The position numbers and the translations under genes are program-made. DNA of 64,000 nt from a virus: positions 32,001 to 96,000 of IMG/VR virus record IMGVR_UViG_3300033148_006964; one strand, written 5' to 3'. Positions 1 to 6,658 of the stretch are shown here, one piece after another (the stretch's first letter is position 1; each line of letters begins with the position of its first letter). The notes below the pieces were generated by a model. That model was not told the origin of the DNA and made no database searches. It was given only the letters and a program-made list of their open reading frames with translations.

Positions 1-173
1 ACGATCAATTGTATACTATAGTTGATGTTGTTGATAATCATTCGTTAAAATTACAAACGCATGATGTGAATGGCGACCCTGTACTTTGGAGGGCGTCTAA
101 AGGTGAACGCGACGTAGAATATGATTTATTATGGAACACTATTCATGTTCATATTGAGCTTCCACAAAAATAA
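1..173 (+). CDS. 3' end of an upstream gene (partial, hypothetical; probably virion-associated)
   Basis: Frame starting at nt 3 is open to TAA 171-173 (DQLYTIVDVV...HIELPQK*). It ends 21 nt before the sheath ATG, which is preceded by AAGGAG. Confidence 0.6.
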   Translation, partial: DQLYTIVDVVDNHSLKLQTHDVNGDPVLWRASKGERDVEYDLLWNTIHVHIELPQK

Positions 174-194
174 TTTAAGCAAGGAGAAATAGAT

Positions 195-2981
195 ATGACT
201 GCATACCGAGGACCGCATGTGGCGGTTGAACAAACATTTGAAACATCTCCCGGTGCCGTAGCTATTGAAAATCTGCCACCTGCAATCGCAGCCTCTGCAT
301 TTGACATTTTTGCAGAAGAGGCATTAGATACATGGTATGGTATTTTAGGAGCTAGTTCTGGAGTTGAAACACCATGGGAAGTAGATGGTGTCACAATAGA
401 TAAAGTCGTCTATGATAAAGATGTAATTGATCAAAGGGCATATGATTTTTATCCTGTTAATGTATATGCTAGTAGTCAATTTGGTAATATTGAATTAGAT
501 AAAGAGGATAAAGTTTCTTCTGATGGTATTACTTTTTATAAAGACGATGTTTATGATGTGCCTGATACAGAAAAGGTAGTTGGATCTTGCACTGGAGTTC
601 TTCCGTATTATAAAAGTATGGGCTCTTTAGTAACGATTCTGGAAGCTAATAAGTCTACTGTTATTATTACTAATGGCGCTATTGTAACGGCTCAAATAAA
701 ACCTGGCCAACATGTTTTTGTAACAAGTGACGCAGGAACATCCTGGACATTAGTTGGTGTAGTTGGATCAATTGGAACAGATGAAACTAAAATTCATCTT
801 GCCAGTGCTTATAGTGCTGCTATAGCTGCTGGAAACGGAATAGCTGTAGGATGCGCACCTGAAACTAATGCAACAATAGCCTTGAATACGCTTTCAGATA
901 CATTATATGATGCTAATGCTGATTTTATAGCTGCTAAAGTTAAGGTCGGTGATCTGGTTAATATTACAAGCCTATCATTAAGTAGCGAAATCGTTGCCTC
1001 AGTAAGATCTATAATAAATGCTAATACTATTAAATTTAATACTGTAACGCAAACAAGGCCAGATGATTATTTTACTCAATATAAAATATCAGCTGCAGCG
1101 CCTGGTGTTACGGTTGCAGCAAGTACATATAGTATTACAAGATTTGTTGGGTTTTCTCAGAACTACGGTTTAGAGATACTTGAAGATGAAGCGTCTGTTA
1201 AAACTGGTGTTGTAATTAAAGCAGTAGATACTGTTAATTATCTTTCATTTAAAATACCTAGCATTGTGCAAGAAGCTTCTCAGGCTTCGAGTTCTTCGAG
1301 TTCTTTGAATTCTTCCAGTTCTAGTTCAGAATCTTCGAGTTCTGAAAGATCAAGTAGCTCAAGTTCTGAATCTTCAAGTTCAAGTTCTGAAAGTTCAGCA
1401 TCTTCAGGGTCTATGAGTTCTTCCAGTTCTTCTCTTTCTTTAAGTTCTGAAAGTTCGTCCAGCTCTGTATATGGAGATACAGTTCCTGCACTTTCTGCTG
1501 GTGATGTGATTATGATTACCAGTACTAATGATGATAGTATCTCTGAAGCAAATATGACGCCGTATAAAATAGATACTATTACTTTTGATGGGACCGATTA
1601 TACTATTACGTCTCAGACTCATCTGTATAGAAGTTGTGCGGGTACTGTTAATATTGCTAATGGTGATTATCTACATGCCTGGCATCCTGAGCTTGAAAGT
1701 TCTGTTGCAGCAGATTTTAGAGCTGTTAGATCTGAAGAGAATCAGGTTGTTAAACGTATTTCTAGTCCAAAAGATATTACAAACGCCTGGTGTAGTGGTG
1801 ATGAAATAGATGTTCATAATGAGCTTGCATTTATGGCTTTAAGCGCATTTAATACATCTGGCGGTAAGGTTTGTTACGGTATTAATGCTGATGCTACTGC
1901 ATCAAGTATTTCAACTGAATACGCCGCATGCCTTGAGGAGTTGAAGCTTTATGACGTTTATAGTCATTGTCTTGGAACTACAGATGCTGGTGTTAATGCG
2001 TTAATGTCTGCATATTGTGACGGCCAAGCTGATCCTTATGAAGGACATGAACGTGTTGCTGTTCTCGCTTATGATGAAGATGACGCTTACTTAATGGGAA
2101 CTGATACAGGCACTTCAGCTGCATCAGGTGTTATAACCCTTACAGGTGGAACGTTTAATCCTCTTACAGCAGGTTTAACTGTAGGTGATACTGTAGATCT
2201 TTTTGATTCAGATGGAGATCTTGTAGGAAGTGCAAATGTTACTGAAACTCCTACAACGTTAACATCTATACAAACTGATGGAATCCTAACTACTGGTGTT
2301 TCGTTTAACTTTTTAAGCGGTAGAAAAGACGACCAGGCAAATCGTATAGCCCTTCTTGGTGCGATTACAAATAGACGTAATAAAGTCGTTTGGCCTAGTT
2401 ATTTTTATGCTGAAGTTGATAATACCAGATATTTACTTCCGCCTTATTATATTGCTGCTAATATTTGCGGTGAAGATTCTGGCGTTATAGTATCTCAATC
2501 TTTTACAAGAAAGTCTTTTACACCTTCTGGTATGTCTAATATTCAACTTAATACTAATACTTATTTTAGAAAGTCTCAACTTGACGAAATAGGTTCAGGT
2601 GGTATAGATATTATGATTCAAGATGCGACTATAACTCAAAGTATTAAATCGCGTCATGATCTTACTACTAATATGGACGCAGTTGAATATAGAGAATGGT
2701 CAATTACTAAACAAGCTGATGTAGCGGCTAAAACTTTAAGAAATGCTATTGATCCTTATGTTGGTAGATACAATATAACACCAGATCTATTTAAGTTTAT
2801 AGGTCAAGTATGCGGTATTGTAAGTGCTAAACTTGTTAAAGATGGTATTGTTAAAAAATTAGAAGTTAGTTCAATAAAACGTGATGAAACGATTTCTGAT
2901 AAAATTAATATTACCGCAAAAGCGACTGTTTTTGTAGCTGCAAATACTTATGAAATAGATTTACTTGTTGTATCACGTTAA
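195..2981 (+). CDS. Contractile tail sheath protein with an internal poly-Ser insertion
   Basis: 928 aa. The C-terminus (SITKQADVAAKTLRNAIDPYVGRYNIT...DKINITAKATVFVAANTYEIDLLV) has the pattern of phage sheath C-terminal domains. It lies directly before a tube-like gene. Confidence 0.85.
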   Translation: MTAYRGPHVAVEQTFETSPGAVAIENLPPAIAASAFDIFAEEALDTWYGILGASSGVETPWEVDGVTIDKVVYDKDVIDQRAYDFYPVNVYASSQFGNIELDKEDKVSSDGITFYKDDVYDVPDTEKVVGSCTGVLPYYKSMGSLVTILEANKSTVIITNGAIVTAQIKPGQHVFVTSDAGTSWTLVGVVGSIGTDETKIHLASAYSAAIAAGNGIAVGCAPETNATIALNTLSDTLYDANADFIAAKVKVGDLVNITSLSLSSEIVASVRSIINANTIKFNTVTQTRPDDYFTQYKISAAAPGVTVAASTYSITRFVGFSQNYGLEILEDEASVKTGVVIKAVDTVNYLSFKIPSIVQEASQASSSSSSLNSSSSSSESSSSERSSSSSSESSSSSSESSASSGSMSSSSSSLSLSSESSSSSVYGDTVPALSAGDVIMITSTNDDSISEANMTPYKIDTITFDGTDYTITSQTHLYRSCAGTVNIANGDYLHAWHPELESSVAADFRAVRSEENQVVKRISSPKDITNAWCSGDEIDVHNELAFMALSAFNTSGGKVCYGINADATASSISTEYAACLEELKLYDVYSHCLGTTDAGVNALMSAYCDGQADPYEGHERVAVLAYDEDDAYLMGTDTGTSAASGVITLTGGTFNPLTAGLTVGDTVDLFDSDGDLVGSANVTETPTTLTSIQTDGILTTGVSFNFLSGRKDDQANRIALLGAITNRRNKVVWPSYFYAEVDNTRYLLPPYYIAANICGEDSGVIVSQSFTRKSFTPSGMSNIQLNTNTYFRKSQLDEIGSGGIDIMIQDATITQSIKSRHDLTTNMDAVEYREWSITKQADVAAKTLRNAIDPYVGRYNITPDLFKFIGQVCGIVSAKLVKDGIVKKLEVSSIKRDETISDKINITAKATVFVAANTYEIDLLVVSR
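1287..1466 (+). repeat. Poly-serine tract 1 (about 60 codons) inside the tail sheath gene
   Basis: Mixed TCN/AGY Ser codons, including the SSSSSSLNSSSSSS motif shared with the other tracts. Confidence 0.95.
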
Positions 2982-3037
2982 CTGAAATTATAATTATTTT
3001 TCTGTTAAAGAAAAGTTTTTATATATAGGAGGTCATT

Positions 3038-3871
3038 ATGGCCGATAGTCAAGAAAAAAAACCAATGCAGTCAATAGATGACTATATTGATCATACAGCG
3101 TCATGGGATTGGGAAGATAAGCATGTTTCTCAAGCCTATTTAGATCCAGAAGATGGAATAGCTAATAAAGACTCTATTGCGATTAATGATATTGTTGAAT
3201 CGGGAACAGTGTTAATAGCGGCAGGTCCTGCCGATCTTGACAAAGCTCTTGATCTATCTATCAATGCAGATGGTTTTAGAGTTGTTCCAATTGGTTTAGT
3301 TGAAACTGCTCAAATAAGTATGAACAAACCATTAAGTCGTATTTTTGAAATTGGATCAAAACTTAGTTACATTGTACCAGGTAGAACTGTTGGTGGAGTA
3401 AGTCTAAGTCGAGTATTTTTTGATGGTCCAAGTCTTATGAAAGCGTTGTATATGGGTGAAGTAAAAGCTGATGCCGCTAATGTTGATAAGAAATTAGTTA
3501 AGTTTATATCGAATCAATACAATGACGATGATGGCAATGCAGCTTATCAAAAATTTGCTCATATAGGATCTGGTAATCTAGCTATGAATTTAGCTTCTTC
3601 ATTTTTTGATCAGCCAATAGGTCTTGCGTTTTATTTTAAAGATCAGCAAAGTGATACTGTTGGCCAAACTTATTTTGAAGGTTGTCGGGTTAATACATAT
3701 AACCTTGGCATTTCAGCAAATATGAATGTGCTTACAGAATCTGTGAATATGGAATTTATAAGATGTCGTCCAATAGTAACAGTAGGTTATACTTCCAGTT
3801 ATTCTAGAAGTACTGATCTTGCTGATATTAATATTGTGTCGTCTGCACCATCTGCAGTTCCTAGTGCATAA
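3038..3871 (+). CDS. Tail tube protein
   Basis: 277 aa, directly after the sheath, with a GGAGG RBS. Tube-like pattern GLVETAQISMNKPLSRIFEIGS...YFEGCRVNTYNLGISANMNVLTESVNMEF. Confidence 0.75.
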   Translation: MADSQEKKPMQSIDDYIDHTASWDWEDKHVSQAYLDPEDGIANKDSIAINDIVESGTVLIAAGPADLDKALDLSINADGFRVVPIGLVETAQISMNKPLSRIFEIGSKLSYIVPGRTVGGVSLSRVFFDGPSLMKALYMGEVKADAANVDKKLVKFISNQYNDDDGNAAYQKFAHIGSGNLAMNLASSFFDQPIGLAFYFKDQQSDTVGQTYFEGCRVNTYNLGISANMNVLTESVNMEFIRCRPIVTVGYTSSYSRSTDLADINIVSSAPSAVPSA

Positions 3872-3894
3872 CATTATTAATAGCTAAAAAAAAG

Positions 3895-3926
3895 AAACCC
3901 CTGTAAAATAATATTACAGGGGTTTT
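3895..3926. terminator. Bidirectional intrinsic terminator after the tube gene
   Basis: AAACCCCTGTAA-N7-TTACAGGGGTTT perfect 12-bp stem, with an A-rich left flank and a T-rich right flank. Confidence 0.85.
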
Positions 3927-3953
3927 ATTTTATTATTTTTTATTAAATAATAC

Positions 3954-3982
3954 TTGATATTTTAATTTCCTTATATTATATT
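3954..3982 (+). promoter_or_regulatory. Sigma70-like promoter for tnpB
   Basis: TTGATA(3954-3959)-N17-TATATT(3977-3982), ending 9 nt before the ATG. No RBS is visible, so the mRNA may be leaderless. Confidence 0.5.
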
Positions 3983-3991
3983 ATTCACTGT

Positions 3992-5164
3992 ATGAATATT
4001 ATAACTTATAATGTAAAAATTCAGGGGAAATATGAAGATTCTCTTATTAAGACATTAAGTCTTCAAAGAGATTTAGTTAATTTTTGCTCTAAGCTTCATT
4101 TTGGTGCTAAAAAAAATTCTATTGTTGACCTTCATAATAAAGCATATAAAAATGCCAGATTAAAATACCCAGATGCTTTTAGCCAACTTGTAATTCGAGC
4201 TGAACAGGAAACATTAGGATCTTATCGCACGGCAAAATCAAATAAACATAACCTTAAACAACCTATTAATAAGCATAACTTATCATGTAGACTTGATAAA
4301 AGGGCTTATTCCAAGTTTACAAAACAGTCAATAAGAATATCAACTATCGATGGTAGAAAAGAGTTTGATCTTAAATTATATCCAAAAATAGACAATTTAT
4401 TTGATAGATATACTACAGCTGATCCTCTTGTGTTTTGTAAAAATGATAAGTTATGGTTGTCCGTTAGTTTTAACATACCAGAACAGGTCATTGCAGAAAA
4501 TAAACTTGCCGTTGGTGTAGATCTTGGGAAGCGTAATTTAGCTGTAACATCTGATGGTAAATTAATCTCTGGAAGAGAATTTAATAAACACAAGCGTAGA
4601 ATTCGTTATAATAAAAGAATGTTGCAAAGCGTAGGTTCTAAATCTTCAAAACATAAACTCAGAAAAATAAGAAGAAAAGAATATAATTTTTCAAAGAATT
4701 ATACGCATCATGTTGCTAATGAAATATTAGATACAGGTGCTAATATTATTGTATTAGAAGATTTAACAAAAATCAAAAAGAAAAAAAATAAATATCAAAA
4801 TAAAAATAACATTTCTCAAGTTCCGTTTTATTTGCTTCGTTCTATATTGGAATATAAGGCACCTCTTTTAAATAAGAAGGTAACGGTTATAAATCCAAAG
4901 AATACAAGTAAAAATGATTATAGGGGTATTAAGCCTGGTATAAGAAAAGGTGGAGAATATAAAACCAGTGATGGTTTAATTTTTCACGCAGATCTTAATG
5001 CCGCAAATAATATAGCCTTAAAATCAAAACACCCTTCTCTACTTGTTGATCCAATTAATTCGTTTAGAAGGCAGGGTGCGGTCAAACACCCAATAGTAGA
5101 CTCTCAAATTAGCATTGCTAATGGAGAGGTCTACAAGCCCACGGCTTTAGCTGTTGGCGTTTGA
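3992..5164 (+). CDS. tnpB: TnpB RNA-guided endonuclease (IS200/IS605 family)
   Basis: RuvC-I GVDLG (D177), RuvC-II IVLEDL (E256) and RuvC-III HADLNAA (D334) are all intact. The Cys ligands of the usual Zn finger are absent. Confidence 0.92.
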   Translation: MNIITYNVKIQGKYEDSLIKTLSLQRDLVNFCSKLHFGAKKNSIVDLHNKAYKNARLKYPDAFSQLVIRAEQETLGSYRTAKSNKHNLKQPINKHNLSCRLDKRAYSKFTKQSIRISTIDGRKEFDLKLYPKIDNLFDRYTTADPLVFCKNDKLWLSVSFNIPEQVIAENKLAVGVDLGKRNLAVTSDGKLISGREFNKHKRRIRYNKRMLQSVGSKSSKHKLRKIRRKEYNFSKNYTHHVANEILDTGANIIVLEDLTKIKKKKNKYQNKNNISQVPFYLLRSILEYKAPLLNKKVTVINPKNTSKNDYRGIKPGIRKGGEYKTSDGLIFHADLNAANNIALKSKHPSLLVDPINSFRRQGAVKHPIVDSQISIANGEVYKPTALAVGV

Positions 5165-5185
5165 CCCCACCACATTAAAGATATA
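5040..5185 (+). ncRNA. Putative omegaRNA (TnpB guide RNA) overlapping the tnpB 3' end; 5' boundary approximate
   Basis: Hairpin 5096-5133 (TAGACTCTC..ATTAGCA-T-TGCTAAT..GAGAGGTCTA) and hairpin 5137-5159, then TTGAC, then the flank CCCACCACATTAAAG as the predicted guide. This is the established omegaRNA layout. Confidence 0.6.
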
Positions 5186-5754
5186 ACGTTCCATAAAGCT
5201 TGATATAAATGAAGGAATCCAGATTCAGAGTCATATATATATTTAGTACGCATACATTTAAAATGTCTGTAAAATGCCCCATGATATCTTTTAGGATCGA
5301 CTAACATCCAATTATCATCATCATATTTAATAGCGCCATGAGCGTATACATCAGCAAGAATATTAAGAACATCAGGATCAATAAGATCCCATCTTTCTAT
5401 GTCTGATGAATATGATAATAGATCTTCAGTTATATAATCTTCTTTTTTTAATAAGAAACATATAAGAAAAGCAATAACAGCAAGATTTTCACAGTTAGTT
5501 CCTGGAATAAATCTATGTCCTGTGCTCCAATTACGCATTAATGACATTATAGTGTTATATATTATTGCTTCTTTTTTTTTATCTAAAAGATTAAGTTTGT
5601 GTAACGATCCACCAGGGAGAAATTCATTTGCAGCAAGTACTACCCTGCTTATCTGAGCCATCGGAAGAAGATCCCATCTGGCTTTTTTGCTATCAAACTT
5701 TATGCCTTGTTTACTAAAATCTGCGTTTTTATCAGTACTTTGTTTATTGTTCAT
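5131..5754 (-). CDS. dATP/dGTP diphosphohydrolase-like (DUF5664-type) protein with a duplicated domain
   Basis: GIKFDSKKARWDLLP at the N-terminus, and a second full copy RWDLIDP...YAHGAIKYDDDNW...RYHGAFYRH...DSESGFLHLYQALWN matching the family pattern. Confidence 0.75.
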   Translation of the reverse strand: MNNKQSTDKNADFSKQGIKFDSKKARWDLLPMAQISRVVLAANEFLPGGSLHKLNLLDKKKEAIIYNTIMSLMRNWSTGHRFIPGTNCENLAVIAFLICFLLKKEDYITEDLLSYSSDIERWDLIDPDVLNILADVYAHGAIKYDDDNWMLVDPKRYHGAFYRHFKCMRTKYIYDSESGFLHLYQALWNVISLMWWGQTPTAKAVGL

Positions 5755-5776
5755 AAAAAAATCCTTGTTTTAAATT

Positions 5777-5808
5777 AAAAAAAGAGGGCATGCATTACAC
5801 ACGCCCTC
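5777..5808 (-). terminator. Intrinsic terminator closing the structured non-coding locus
   Basis: Minus strand GAGGGCGUG-UGUAAUG-CAUGCCCUC followed by U7. The stem is 9 bp with a G-U pair that forms only on the minus strand. Confidence 0.85.
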
Positions 5809-6616
5809 CCACACTCTAACTAAAGATCGATCGCGGTTTTCTTTGCGCAAACTGACGTTAGCGTAGAAGACTGCAGCTCTTCAGATTAAGATCTCAAGAA
5901 GCTTTCGAATCCGCGATCCCTTATTTATAAGGGATATTAGTTTCGTGGCGAAACACCACGCTTTAAACTTAGAGTATATTTTTTTGTTCTCTTACTTAGA
6001 TGGATATGTTTCGCCACCCAGAATAGGTAATACTAGGAGAAGATCCCGCGTAATAACCGTGGGACGTTACGAAATTCCTGGAGGCGACCGGTTCCGCCGT
6101 GTCATCCATCTGTTGTAGAAACATACTCTGAGCCTGAATTTATTAAGTATTCGAATTTATTCGAAAATACGTGTAAATGTGCTGTTTAAACAGCGAAGCT
6201 TTAAACAGACAGGCGATAAGAGTATGCATTAAAGATATGACGAGACGTCATACCATTGCAATTTCTAAGAGAAAAATTTATTATCTTTTTTTTAGCTGTT
6301 CTCAAACTAGATTGAGCGAGTTTGTAACCTTAACTTAGTCACTGAAGATCCAGGATATACATCGACGGCGCCGCCCATAGAATAAATATTATATTATATT
6401 ATACAACAAAACTAGCATTCACTAAAAGGGTCTGTCAGCGACTTAGCAGATATGGTACATAGATGCTAATAAAGCGTTTGACAGAATTTTGCGCAAGCCC
6501 AAATTCAAAGAATTTGGATGTCTGAGCAAAATACTTTTAAGAGTGAATATAGAATACAGATGGTGAAACACCACCTATCTAATGACTTTGAGAAAACACA
6601 CTATTTTAATATAAAA
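5777..6616 (-). ncRNA. Putative large structured ncRNA of unknown class (about 840 nt, or about 600 nt if started from an internal promoter near 6380)
   Basis: No ORF of 60 aa or more in about 900 bp, GC-richer than the flanks, many nested helices, a promoter motif at 6623-6636 and a terminator at 5777-5808. Details are in the findings. Confidence 0.7.
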
Positions 6617-6622
6617 CCTTCT

Positions 6623-6636
6623 ATTATACTTATTAC
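6623..6636 (-). promoter_or_regulatory. Conserved promoter-like motif, copy a (GTAATAAG-TATAAT)
   Basis: One of four intergenic copies of GTAATAA[CG]TAnnAT, all upstream of minus-strand units. Confidence 0.65.
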
Positions 6637-6658
6637 ACAAAGTTTATAAAAAATAACA

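Larger units (their letters stand above)
3930..5165 (+). mobile_element. Non-autonomous tnpB-only IS200/IS605 (IS1341-like) element; left end approximate
   Basis: No tnpA nearby. The right end AAGCCCACGGCTTTAGCTGTTGGCGTTTGAC (5135-5165) resembles the subterminal hairpin and end of these elements. Confidence 0.7.

Noticed and set aside
6050-6057. GTAATAAC copy of the promoter motif in a hairpin loop of the ncRNA (possible promoter mimic)
   Set aside because: It is only an 8-mer without the TAnnAT part and could occur by chance in AT-rich DNA, so it is not supportable without homologs.
6075-6110. tmRNA-like ends (plus strand GGAGGCGACCGGTT; minus strand ...CGCCTCCA)
   Set aside because: There is no canonical T-arm (GGTTCRAnTCC), no matching partner end giving the G3-U70 acceptor stem, and no recognisable tag reading frame, in either standard or permuted order.
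6330-6350. Group I intron R-like motif (minus strand CTTCAGTGACTAAG)
   Set aside because: No convincing S element or P7 partner, and no interrupted host gene. The flanking genes are complete.
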